NCBI GenBank assembly: GCA_035221665.1
Contig: CM069159.1
Coordinates: 34,472,001-34,536,000, forward strand
Direction: 5' to 3'
From: Okamejei kenojei
Lineage: Eukaryota
Length of the DNA stretch: 64,000 nt
Shown one piece after another: positions 24,293-35,839 of this stretch; within the stretch, counting starts at the first letter, position 1, and each line of letters starts with the position of its first letter. A program made the position numbers and the translations under genes. The notes below the pieces were generated by a model, which did no database searches, was not told the origin of the DNA, and saw only the letters and a list, made by a program, of their open reading frames with translations.

Positions 24293-26127
24293 TAGAAACG
24301 TAGAAACATAGAAAAATAGGTGCAGGAGTAGGCCATTCGGCCCTTCGAGCCTGCACCGCCATTCAATATGATCATGGTTGATCATCCAACTCAGTATCCC
24401 GTACCTGCCTTTTCTCCGTACCCCCTGATACCTTTAGCCACAAGAGCCACATTCAACTCCCTCTTGAATATAGCCAATGAACTGGCCTCAACGACCTTCT
24501 GTGGCAGAGAATTCCAGAGACTCACCACTCTCTGTGTAAAGAATGTTTTCCTCATCTCGGTCCTAAAGGAATTCTCCCTTATCCTTAGACTGTGACCCCT
24601 TGTTCTGGACTCCCCCAACATCGGGAACAATCTTCCTGCATCTAGCTTGTCCAACCCCTTAAGAATTTTGTAAGTTTCTATAAGATCCCCCCTCAATCTT
24701 CTAAATTCCAGTGAGTACAAGCCGAGTCTATCCAGTCTTTCTTCATATGAAAGTCCCGACATCCCAGGAATCACTGGTGAACCTTCTCTGAACCCCCTCT
24801 ATGGCAAGAATGTCTTTCCTCAGATTTGGAGACCAAAACTGTATGCAATACTCCAGGTATGGTCTCACCAAAACCCTGTACAACTTCAGTGGAATCTCCC
24901 TGCTCCTATACTCAAATCCTTTCGCTATGAATGCTAACATACCATTTGCTTTCTTCACTGCCTGCTGCACCTGCATGCCTACTTTCAATGACTGGTGTAC
25001 CATGACACCCAGGTCTCGTTGCAGCTCCCCTTTTCCTAATCTGCCACCATTCAGATAATAGTCTACCTCCTGTTTTTGCCACCAAAGTGGATAACCTCAC
25101 ATTTATCCACATTATACTGCATCTGCCATGCATCTGCCCATTCACTCAGCCTATCCAAATCACCCTGCAGCCTCCTAGCATCCTCCTCACAGCTAACACT
25201 GCCCCCCAGCTTGGTGTCATCCGCAAACTTGGAGATGTTGCCTTCAATTCCCTCATCCAGATCATTAATATATATTGTAAATAGCTGGGGTCCCAGCACT
25301 GAGCCTTGCGGTACCCCACTACTCACTGCCTGCCATTCTGAAAAGGACCCGTTTACTCCTACCCTTTGCTACCTGTCTGCCAGCCAGTTCTCTATCCACA
25401 TCATTATTGAACCACCAATACCGTGTGCTTTACGTTTATATACTAATCTCTTATGTGGGACCTTGTCGAAAGCCTTCTGAAAGTCCAGATATAACACATC
25501 CACTGCTTCTCCCTTATCTACTCTACTAGTTACATCCTCGAAAAATTCTATAAGATTCGTCAGACATGATTTACCTTTTGTAAATCCATGCTGACTTTGT
25601 CCAATGATTTCACCACTTTCCAAATGTGCTGCTATTCCATCTTTAATAACTGACTCTAGCAGTTTCCCCACTACCGACGTTAGACTAACTGGTCTGTAAT
25701 TCCCCGCTTTCTCTCTCCCTCCTTTTTTAAAAAGTGGGGTTACATTAGCTACCCTCCAATCCTCAGGAACTACTCCAGAATCTAAGGAGTTTTGAAAAAT
25801 TATCACTAATCCATCCACTATTTCCGTGGCTACCTCCATGAGCACTCTGGGATGCAGACCATCTGGCCCTGGGGATTTATCGGCCTTTAATCCGTTCAAT
25901 TTACCCAACACCACTTCCTAGCTAACCTGGATTTCACTCAGTTCCGCCATCTTATTTGACCTCCGGTCCACTGCTATTTCCGGCAGATTATTTATGTCTT
26001 CCTTAGTGAAGACGGAACCAAAGTAGTTATTCAATTGGTTTGCCATGCCCTTGTTCCCCATGATCAATTCACCTGCTTCTGACTGCAAGGGACCAACATT
26101 TGTTCTAACTAGTCTCTTTCTCTTCAC
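24293..26127 (-). mobile_element. CR1 (HER1-like) LINE, 5'-truncated ~1.8 kb, RT frameshifted
   Basis: ORF pieces KSPGPDGLHPRVL..NYRPVSLTS..DFQKAFDKV (25369-25914), [16 protein letters not shown] (25063-25326) and C-terminus (24391-25003), with a (TTTCTATG)n tail. Confidence 0.97.
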
Positions 26128-26280
26128 TTGTACTGTATCTGAGATGCTTATCTACGATGTATCGAAGTGCTAATGTACAGTGATACGTACTGGACTGTAT
26201 TCAAACATGAATTTCACTGAAACTCGGTACATGTGAATAATAAAGTACCAATACCAATAGTAATATCTATCTTCACAACT

Positions 26281-26600
26281 GTCACGGTGGCGCCGCGGTA
26301 GAGTCGCTGCCTTCCAGCGAATGCAGCGCCGGAGACCCGGGTTCGATCCCAATTACGGGTGCTGTCTGTACGTTTGTACGTTCCCCCCGTGACCTGCGTG
26401 GGTTTTCGCCGAGATCTTCGGTTTCCTCCCACACTCCAAAGACGTACAGGTTTGCTGGTTAACTGCCTTGGTAAATGTACAAAATTGTCCCTGGTGTGTG
26501 TAGGATAGTGTTAATGTGCGAGGATCGCTGGTCGGCGCGGACCCGGTGGGCCGAAGGGCCTGTTTCCGCGCTGTATCTCTAAACTAAACTAAACTAAACT
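26281..26600 (+). mobile_element. HE1 SINE, well preserved
   Basis: A and B boxes, V-domain and (AAACT)n tail. Confidence 0.92.
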
Positions 26601-27185
26601 CCCAATGCTCGATACCAAGGAGTTTTCCATCATTGGCCAGGGTCAGATTAATGAGCATAACATTTCCTCAGTATGTTTTTGTAAGAAAGTCTACATTGTA
26701 ATCTGATGCACAGCTGCTCGGTAAATAGTCAGCAACCAGCGTAAAATTAAAATGTTATAATTTGACTTGGATAATGATGACAAAGCAGTGTTTTGCTTGT
26801 TTATTCTCCTTGTGTGCATGGCGGTTGAATGGTCCAGCTGCTGTTGCCTAATCAACCTGTTGCTGTGTTTTAGGCCATTACTTCTGATGACCCTACCTTC
26901 CAAAGCGCTGAGCCTTCCCACTTCAATTATTAATTTCCTCTGAGATTTTCACAAGGGCATTTTTCCGGGAGATTACTTGCGATTCACAATTGGATGGAGG
27001 TTCATTGTACAGGAGCAGATGCCGCCTCTGTTTGGTTTCAATATTTTTACAGCCAGCTAACTTTCCATTCAGTATTTGAATTTCACGTTGAAAGCTTTTG
27101 TCGGGATTTTTAAAAGATGGCATTATAGCCCTGTGTGGTTGTGGTAAGAGTGGCGATGATAACTAAACCCAGGGGGTATAGTAGA

Positions 27186-27627
27186 AAGTTCAAGTTCAAG
27201 TTCAAGTGAACTCCCTGATAGGACAATGACATTCTTGCTTTGCTTCAGCACACAGAACATAGTAGGCATTGACTACAAAATAGATCAGTGTGTCTATATC
27301 CTATTATATAAATATATACACACATGAATAAATAAACTGATAAAGTGCAAATAACAGATAATGGATTATTAATGTTCAGAGTTTTGTCCGAGCCAGGTTT
27401 AATAGCCTGATGACTGTGGGGAAGTAGCTATTCCTGAACCTGGACGTTGCAGTCTTCAGGCTCCTGTACCTTCTACCTGAAGGTAGCGGGGAGATGAGTG
27501 TGTGGCCAGGATGGTGTGGGTCGATGATGCTGCCAGCCTTTTTGAGGCAGCAACTGCGATAAATCCCCTCGATGGAAGGAAGGTCAGAGCCGATGATGGA
27601 CTGGGCAGTGTTTACTAGTTTTTGTAG
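27186..27627 (-). mobile_element. Rex1/Babar LINE 3' end
   Basis: LQKLVNTAQSIIGSDLPSIEGIY..DPHHPGHTLISPLPSGRRYRSLK..RFRNSYFP and a (CTTGAA)n tail. Confidence 0.85.
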
Positions 27628-27979
27628 AACTGCAGGATGCTGGTTTACACCGAAGAAAGGCACAGAATGCCGGAGTAAAATGCTTGAAATATGGCTTATG
27701 GTCTTTTACATCTACTTGGGCCTCAGCTCAAAGTCTCAACTGAAAGACAACTCCTTGAGTCCTCGAAAACTACTGCACGAGTTTATGTTTAGTGCTGCAA
27801 TCATTGGAGCAGACCTGAGACCACGACAATCTGATCTGAACTGAAAGCTACACATGACGTTAATAAAATTAGCAATCAAGTATCCCGATAGTAGCTTGGC
27901 AGAAAAGCAGAGTTCAAGCAGTCTGAGCCAACATTGATCTAGCCAACAGCAGGGATGGATAAACATTCTATGCCCCCTT

Positions 27980-28415
27980 GTCACCTTCCCCTCAGCTTGC
28001 TATGAACCATTATAAAGGTAGACACAAAATGCTGGAGTAACTCAGAGGGACAGGCAACATCTCTGGAGAGAAGGAATGGGTGACGTTTCGGGTCAAGACC
28101 CTTATTCATAGTCAGAAGAAACGTCACCTATTCCTTTGCTCCATAGATGCTGCCTCACCCGCTGAGTGTCTCCAACATTTTTATCTACCTTCGATTTTTC
28201 CAGCATCTGCAGTTCCTTCTTAAACATTATTCTACATCTCCTTATCATCGTCTGTTTTGATCTGTCATTTTCACACCTTACCCTTCCATATCTATAGACT
28301 CCCTCTCCCCTGACTCTCAGTCTGAAGAAGGGTCTCGACCTGAAACGTCACCCATTCCTTCTCTGCAGAGATGCTGCCTGTGTCGCTGACTTACTCCAGC
28401 ATTTTGTGTCTGTCT
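27980..28415. mobile_element. Penelope UTR/pLTR with nested fold-back (28017-28225); hammerhead core 28322-28349 (plus)
   Basis: pLTR motifs; core ctgaagaagggtctcgacctgaaacgtc. Confidence 0.8.
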
Positions 28416-28919
28416 CAACAGATCAGACAGCATCAGTGGAGAGAGAAACAGTTAATAGGAGATTATTAGATTGTAGATCAGTATGGGTTATGGGGCGAAG
28501 GTAGGAGAATGGGGTTATGAGTGAAAGATCGATCAGCCATGATTGAATGGTGGGGTAGACTCGACGGTCTGAATGGCCTAATTCTGCTCCTCAAAACTTA
28601 TAAAGTTAACATTCCACGACTGGTCTCTTCATCAGGAAGGCTCTGATATTCTAGCCTGGCTGTCTCATTGCTACTGAAAGAATTTAGCATCACACTGTTC
28701 AGCATGGCTTCTGTTCTTACTCAATGTTATTAAGTTAGAAAGCAATGGGGTACCTGAGATCCACACACAATCTGTTCTGTGCAGTCGTGAGTGAGGAGGC
28801 TTCACTCTTCGAGATGTTATCTTTCAAATGGAAGATTAAACTGAGTTTTCCTGTTGTTTTTATTAACATATTGTGCCCAGAAAACATTGAATTAAAACCA
28901 CACCTCTATTTACCTTTGG

Positions 28920-29654
28920 GGGTACACAAAAGGCTGGAGAAACTCAGCGGGTGCAGCAGCATCTAAGGAGCGAAGGAGATAGGCGACGTTTCGGGTCGAG
29001 ACCCTTCTTCAGACTGGTGAGGGATCAGGGAAATGAGAGATATAGACAGTGATGTGGAGAGATAAAGAACAATGAATGAAAGATATGCAAAAATGTATCG
29101 ATGATAAAGGGAACAAGCCATTGTAAGCTGTTTGTAGTGTGGAAATGAGAAGCTAGTGCGACTAGGGTGGGAGAGAGATAGAGAGAGAGGGAATGCCAGG
29201 GCCTGAAGGCTGAGGGAGAGGTGGGAAGGGGAGGAGACAGCAAGGGTTAACAGAATTGAGAAAATTCAAAGTTCAAGCCCAGAGGATGCAGACCCCCCCA
29301 AGCGGAATATGAGGTGCTGTTCCTCGAACTTGCGGTGTTGCTCACTCTGGCCATGGAGGAGGCCCAGGACCGAGAGGTCGGATACGGAATGGGAGGGGGA
29401 GTTGAAGTGCTGAGCCACCGGGAGGTTGGGTTGGTTATTGCGGACCGAGCGGAGGTGTTCGGCGAAACGATCGCCAAGCCTCCGCTTGGTCTCACCGATA
29501 TGGATCACCCGAAACGTGGCACCAGTCTGAAGAAGGGTCTCGACCCGAAACGTCACCTATCTCCTTCGCTCCTTAGATGCTGCTGCACCCGCTGAGTTTC
29601 TCCAGCCTTTTGTGTACCCTCGATTCTCCAGCATCTGCAGTTCCTTCTTTAACA
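28920..29654 (-). mobile_element. 5'-truncated Penelope-like element with inverted pLTRs, GIY-YIG remnant and 16-bp TSD
   Basis: HIGETKRRLGDRFAEHLRSV..VAQHFNSPSH (ORF 29266-29556). ~100-bp inverted arms at 28920-29018 and 29521-29619 plus a ~35-bp extension. TSD ctctattt(a/c)cctttgg at 28904-19 and 29655-70. Intact hammerhead cores at 28985-29012 (minus) and 29527-29554 (plus). Confidence 0.92.
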
Positions 29655-29804
29655 CTCTATTTCCCTTTGGTCTGGGAGAAACAAAACCTTTTGTTTTTGC
29701 ATTCTCTGAGGAACAATCACTTCTCTATGTAGCTGATTAATTACTTTGAAGTGTACCGACTATGGTTAAGTGGGGTTAAGCAGCGAGATAGTGATAGGAT
29801 ACAA

Positions 29805-30048
29805 ACCCAGAGAGTTGTGAATCTGTGGAATTCTCCGACACAGAAGGCAGTGGAGATCAATCACTGGATGTTTTCAAGAGAGAGTTAGATTTAGCTCTTA
29901 GGGCTAACAGAATCAAGGGATATGGGGGAAAAAGCAGGAACGGGGTACTGATTTTAGATGATCCATCATGATCATCTTGAATGATGGTGCTGGCTCGAAG
30001 GGCCGAATGGCCTATTCCTGCACCTATTTTTCTATGTTTCTATGTTTC
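29805..30048 (+). mobile_element. CR1 3' end
   Basis: acccagagagttgtgaatctgtggaattc... and a tttctatg tail. Confidence 0.88.
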
Positions 30049-30185
30049 TTTTTTTCTTTTTTTTTCTTTTCTTTTTTTAATTTATTAGAAGCAAATGTAC
30101 AAGAATAAAACAATCGGCATATAAAATTAAAGTTAATGTACAGCTTCAATTTTAAACTTTAAAATAGAGGAAAAGAAAAGAGAAA

Positions 30186-30222
<37 letters not shown>

Positions 30223-30601
30223 TGAGAGGTGCAAAGGTAGACCCCTAGACTACCAAAGTAGTGTAGCCAAAGAGTGGATAAAAGAAAGAAAGAAAAGGAA
30301 AAAAAAGAACAAAAAGAAAAAGAGAGAGAAAAGTGGAGATATACCTGCCTCTCGCCCCCCCCCCCCCCTCCCCCCACCTCACCCAACCCATAGTTGGATT
30401 TAAATTAGGAGTTGTGTTGTGCCATACTATCCTTATAAGAATTCGGTGAAGGGTGGCCATGTCTTGAAAAAATGATCTGTTTTTTCTGCCAAGACAAGTC
30501 TAATATTTTCACGATGTCGTGTCTCGGACATGTTTGTAATCAACATCTTAACAGTAGGGACTAATGTGTGTTTCCAAAATTTAAGTATTCGTTTTTTCGC
30601 T
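30049..30601 (-). mobile_element. L1-clade 3' end inserted in the CR1 microsatellite tail
   Basis: Reverse strand AKKRILKFWKHTLVPTVKMLITNMSET..FFKTWPPFTEFL*, then AATAAA and poly(A). tgtttctatgtttct lies on both sides. Confidence 0.8.
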
Positions 30602-30811
30602 GTGTTTCTATGTTTCTAAGCAAAAATGACCAGAAACCCTCAACAAGTCAGGCAGTGCCCGATTTTCCGTCGCATTTGATGTGGCAAGTTTCATTCTCCA
30701 CAGAGACTCCCTGACCTGTGGAGAATTTCCTGCATTTTGAGGTATTCCACCTCAGGTTTCCAATGTCTGCAGCATTTTGCTTCTGTTAAATAATCAATGT
30801 TTATCCAGAAT

Positions 30812-31146
30812 ATAGACACAAAACGTTGGACCCTTCTGAAGATAGACAAAAATGCTGGAGAAACTCAGCGGGTGAGGCAGCATCTATGGAGCGAAGGAAT
30901 AGGTGACGTTTCGGGTCGAGACCCTTCTTCAGACTGATGTGGTGGTGGTGGGGGGTAAGATGAAAGGAAGAGGCGGAGACACTGGGCGGTGGGAGAGCTG
31001 GGAAGGGGAGGGGAAGGAGGGAGAATTCAAGGACTACCTGAAATTGGAAATCCTTCTCTCCAGCAATGCTGCCTGACCCACTGAGTTACTCCAGCTTTTT
31101 GTGTCTATCTTCGGTTTATACCAGCATCTGCAGTTCCTTCCAATAC
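30812..31146. mobile_element. Penelope inverted pLTR element; intact hammerhead core 30905-30932 (minus)
   Basis: pLTR, UTR and the end of the GIY-YIG ORF (ctacctgaaattg), followed by an inverted pLTR. Confidence 0.85.
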
Positions 31147-31797
31147 ATTTAGGGACCTTATTTGCTGTAGATTCAGATGGAACAAATGATTTGTCGCATG
31201 ACGGCACTAACTGGCGGCTCTCCGAGGTTACAAGGATGTAAGTGTTGAAGACTTGCTGGAGATCGACAGCAGAATCCAATGGGCCGGAAAGGAGTTAATG
31301 GACATTTGATGAGGGTTTTCCCTGTCTGTTGCTGATTTAGATAGTGTAATTCTACACGCGGAGTCTTTGTAAATGAGCACTTTGAGAATGAAATGATCAT
31401 TGTGTCATTCATAAATCTGGAAAGCAGAATGTTAATGACCTATGCTAATTTTCAATCCAATTTTTATCGTTCCTGCAGGGTCGTTCCTATTACAGTCGGA
31501 TTCAGAGAGCAACAACTGGCAAAGGGAGGTGGGAATGAGATGGGCAGCTGGGAGACTTGCATGTAGATGGTACATGTGGATGCGAAGGGGTAGTGCCTCC
31601 AGCTGAGAAATTGACCTGGAATCGAAGCAAAATGTTCTCTTCATTAATTCCATCTAAATGCAGCCAAATTAAAGTCCCAACATGCTTCCCTGAACAGCCT
31701 AACATGTGCATGTATATAAACACTCACACTAACATACCAATACATGTATGCAGAAGCACATGAGCGTATTCACATCCATCTATACACATACAACAAG

Positions 31798-32180
31798 ATA
31801 GAAACATAGAAACATAGATAATAGGTGCAGGAGGAGGCCGTTCAGCCCTTCGAGCCAGCACCGCCATTCATTGTGATCATGGCTGATCGTCCCCTATCGA
31901 TAACCCATGCCTGCCTTCTCCCCATATCCCTTGATTCCACTAGCCCCTAGAGCTCTATCTAACTCTCTCTTAAATCCATCCAGTGCCTCCACTGCTCTCT
32001 GTGGCAGGGAATTCCATAAATTCACAACTCACTGGGTGAAAAAGTTTTTTCTCACCTCAGTCTTAAATGACCTCCCCTTTATTCTAAGACTGTGGTCCCT
32101 GGTTCTGACCTCACCCAACATTATTTTTCCTGCATCTAGCTTGTCCAATCCATTTATAATTTTATATGTTTATATAAGAT
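31798..32180 (-). mobile_element. CR1 3' end
   Basis: (CATAGAAA)n tail, UTR and ORF2 C-terminus. Confidence 0.9.
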
Positions 32181-32337
32181 GTGCTTAAGATGCAAACAGA
32201 TATGCACACAGACAGAGAGGTAGAAACACAAGTAGGGATAGAAGAAGCAGAAATAGGAAATAGACCATTTGGCTATTCAATAAGATCATAGCTGATTTTT
32301 ATTATCTCATTCTATTTCCCTGCACTAATCCTACATT

Positions 32338-32703
32338 CAGGTCCCAAACTCGTTTTCCGGCACCTTTGGATCAGGATCATTGCTGGATTATCCATTTTGC
32401 TGGACCAACAGAGGTCAAGGCCTGGGGGGAGCCGAGATACTGGTCCACAAAGTCGGCCTCGGAAGTTGGCTATGGGAACGGATCTGCCAGCTCCGGCTAG
32501 GCTGGAGTTTCACAGACCCGGCTACAAGGGGCAAATTCGACCCGATGATCGGCCGTGGAAGTGACTGGCAAGTGAGGTCGAGATCGGTCGCCTCATCTGG
32601 CCTTGGCACCACATTTTCAGTGGGGATTTCAAGTGCGCCCTCGTGTCCAGAGTAAAGGAGGTGCCGGACCACCAGTTTTCCGGAAAATGCAGTGGTGGCC
32701 CTG
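32338..32703. mobile_element. Probable Tigger/pogo-type MITE
   Basis: Imperfect TIRs: caggtcccaaactcgttttccgg versus reverse complement cagggccaccactgcattttccgg. TA TSD not preserved. Confidence 0.45.
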
Positions 32704-32885
32704 CACCTAGATTCCTTTCATATCTAAAAGAACTGTTCACCTCTCTTGACTGAGCTTGGCCTTCGTGGTCCCAGCTAGGGGGAAAACATCAGCTCTAAAA
32801 CTGCCCTCTCAAATCTGAGAAGAATGGTGTACCTTTCAGTGAGATATCTTCTCCTTCTCCTCATCTCAGCAGAGTATAGACCCAG

Positions 32886-33080
32886 TGTTTAAGAAGGAAC
32901 TGCAGATGCTGGAAAATCGAAGGTAGACAAAAATGCTGGAGAAACTTAGCGGATGAGGCAGCATCTATGGAGCAAAGGAAATAGGCAACGTTTCGGGCCT
33001 GAAGAAGGGTTTTGGCCCTATTTCCTTCGCACCATAGATGCTGCCTCACCCGTTAAGTTTCTCCAGCATTTTTGTCCACC
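32886..33080. mobile_element. Short Penelope fold-back insertion with 15-bp TSD
   Basis: TSD aga(g/a)tatagacccag at 32871-85 and 33081-95. Confidence 0.9.
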
Positions 33081-33357
33081 AGAATATAGACCCAGTATGT
33101 TATTTTCTCCACACAGGACAACAACCTCTACCCTCTCACCCAAACCCCCGCTCCGCCAACAGGAGTTAATCTGGTGGCGTTTCACTGCACTCTCGGTATC
33201 GCAAGATCTTTGCTTAGGAAGGGGAACGATTCTGTATAATGGGAGCACAGCAGCATTAGTTTTATATCCAGAGCATCTTTCAATGAAGGGTATCATGAAG
33301 ACCCCCATCAGGTCATTTTTTAATCTTCTTCTTTCAAGGGAAAAGTGACTCAACCTA

Positions 33358-33560
33358 CACGATTGCAGCCTCCGGATGTCGTGCTTGGTGGCTGAGCCAA
33401 ACCAGACCATAATGGAGAAGGTGAGCACAGGCTCTTCGATGGCCGTGTAGAATTGGACCAACATTGCCTGTGGCAGATTGCGTTTCCTCAGCTGCCGCAG
33501 GAAGTACATCCTCTGTTGGGCCTTTTTGACTGTGTAGTCAATGGTGGTCCCCCATTTGAA
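33358..33560 (-). mobile_element. Rex1/Babar RT C-terminal fragment
   Basis: VKKAQQRMYFLRQLRKRNLPQAMLVQFYTAIEEPVLTFSIMVWFG. Confidence 0.85.
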
Positions 33561-34149
33561 AAACAGAAAAAGGGAACAGACCATTTGGCTATCCAATAAA
33601 TAGTTCCCCGGCCACAAGGGGCAAATTCGACCCGATGATCGACCGTGGAAGTGACTCGCGATCAGTCACCTCATCTGGCCTAGGCACCACATTTTCGCAA
33701 CAAACGTGGTGGGAGCCGAGATACCGGTCCACAAAGTCGGCCTCGGAAGGTGGCTAAGGGAGCGGATTGGCTCTTTCTGGTTCAAGTCTTTTATTTTTCT
33801 TTTCTTTTCTTTTTTTTACATTTTATAATAAAAAAGTAAAGAAAAGGTTCAATTCTTTTATTACGTAGAATTGTTCAGTTGGGGTTTCACCTTCATAATA
33901 TTTTTGCACTTTTAGTCTAGAACAACTAAATGCTTTGTAAAATATACAACCCAGAACAGAATTCCAAGTGTGGACAAACCATGCCTCCCTGTGACAGTGA
34001 AGTAACTAATAGATAACATGTTACAGATAACTCTGCTTAAATCCTAGTTGAGAACAGCTTTTATAAAAATATTTTTAAAAATACTTGAAATTCATATCTG
34101 GATACTTTTAAGGTATGTTGCTCGGATTCCTAGAATGTTAATACATTTA

Positions 34150-34543
34150 TGGGCCTGTCCCATTTAGGCAACTCTTTTGGCAACTGCCAGGGATTAGTAT
34201 TTAATGGCTTTCACCTACGACACCTGGCGTCAACCTATGACAGCACCTACGACAATCAACGACAACCTACGACAGCTAAAACTGTCGCCATTGTCGCCGA
34301 AAAATGTACTGCATGTTGAAGATTTTGCGGCAGTCGCCTGTAGTCGCCCAAGTGGATTTTTTTGGGCGATTCCTGCAAAATCTTCAACATATTGAAACAT
34401 TTTCGGCGACAGTGGCGACAATCTTTGCTGTCGTAAGCTGTCGTAGGTGTTGTCGTAGGTTGTCGCCAGGTGTCGTAGGTGAATTCCATTAAAAACTAGT
34501 CCCTGGCAGTCGCCTAAAGAGTCGCCCAAGTGGGACAGACCCA
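34150..34543. mobile_element. PIF/Harbinger MITE, complete, 394 bp, almost wholly palindromic
   Basis: TIR TGGG(C/T)CTGTCCCA(T/C)TT; TTA TSD at 34147-49 and 34544-46; arms pair nearly to the centre. Confidence 0.9.
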
Positions 34544-35057
34544 TTAGGAAGCAGTATGAAAACATTCTTATTGAGGGTCAAAGAGTCAGAGGCAAGGAAT
34601 GAGGACCAGCCTGTAATATTTGATGAGAATTAGAAGAAATTGAAATGGAAGGGCTGATATCTGTTACCTAACTTCCAAGATTAAACTGCTGCCTTGAAAT
34701 TGCTTTCCTTCAACCATTGATTTAGGGATTAACAATTGTGATGTCAATACTGGAGGCTTATCAAAGAATTTCCTATCGATTAGCTGGCTGGTCCATATCC
34801 AACTAATACTGGATTATGTAAGATGGAGTAAACAGTGGATGATGGGCACATACATGACGATACATGGCGCCACGTTAGGAGCGGTTTCCCCTGAGTTGCG
34901 AGTTTGGGGAACTGGTCTGAAGGAAGGAGTCCCTCAAAGGCAAGACGGGTAAAGCAGAAAGAATGAACAAAGCTTTTCTCCAGGCATGACCCAACTATAT
35001 GCCCGGCTGCAGGTTAAGGTGACCTGATCACCGTTGTCCACTGAGATAGATAGATTC

Positions 35058-35465
35058 AAGAGTCAAGTCAAGAGAGTTTATTGTCGTGTGTCCCTGACAG
35101 GACAATGACATTCTTACTTTGCTTCAGCACAACAGGACATAGTAGGCATTGACTACAGAACAGATCAGTGTGTCCATATACCATTATATACGTAAATCCA
35201 CACAAGAATAAATAAACTGATAAAGTGCAAATAACAGATAATGGGTTATTAATGTTCAGTTTTGTCCGAGCCAGGTTTAATAGCCTGATGGCTGTGGGGA
35301 AGTAGCTATTCCTGAACCTAGTCGTTGCAGTCTTCAGGCTCCTGTACCTTCTACCTGAAGGTAGCGGGGAGATGAGTGTGTGGCCAGGATGGTGTGGGTC
35401 CTTGATGATACTGCCAGCCTTTTTGTGGCAGCGACTGCGATAAATCCCCTCGATGGAAGGAAGGT
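35058..35465 (-). mobile_element. Rex1/Babar LINE 3' end
   Basis: LPSIEGIYRSRCHKKAGSIIKDPHHPGHTLISPLPSGRRYRSLK; very similar to 27186-27627. Confidence 0.88.
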
Positions 35466-35543
35466 TACCCAACATTACCCAACTATATGACCGGCTGCTG
35501 GTTAAGGTGCTGGTCCACCTTAACCTGATCACCGTTGTCCACT

Positions 35544-35710
35544 GAGATAGATAGATTCTTGATTAGTACGGGTGTCAGAGGTTATGGGGAGAAGGCGGGA
35601 GAACGGGGTTAGGAAGGAGAGATAGATCAGCGGTGATTGAATGGCGGAGTAAACTTGATGGGCCGTATGGCCTAATTCTACTCCTATCACTTACTGTATG
35701 ATCTTATGAT
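35544..35710 (+). mobile_element. CR1 3' end
   Basis: gagatagatagattcttgattagtacgggtgtcag...gggagaaggc UTR. Confidence 0.8.
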
Positions 35711-35839
35711 GATCAAAGGGGACGAAGATCAAGGAGAATGTAGAATGGATCATTGTTGGATGAGGGGACTTGGGAGGTCAGCTGCTGAGGACTGAGGCAC
35801 CGCCTGCCATTTCTCCGCTCATCACTTGTTTTATCAGTA

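Noticed and set aside
25076-25480. Plus-strand ORFs over CR1 (also 16483, 24801, 52235 and others)
   Set aside because: They are antisense shadows of LINE RT coding sequence.
26281-26360. tRNA genes
   Set aside because: The A/B-box sequences are heads of HE1 SINEs, followed by the V-domain and tail.
33018-33617. 199-aa ORF as a host gene
   Set aside because: It is a chimeric read-through of Rex1, CR1 and Penelope fragments.
34200-34480. CRISPR-like or coding repeat array (CGACA units and overlapping ORFs)
   Set aside because: Eukaryotic context, no spacers or cas genes; these are MITE subterminal repeats.
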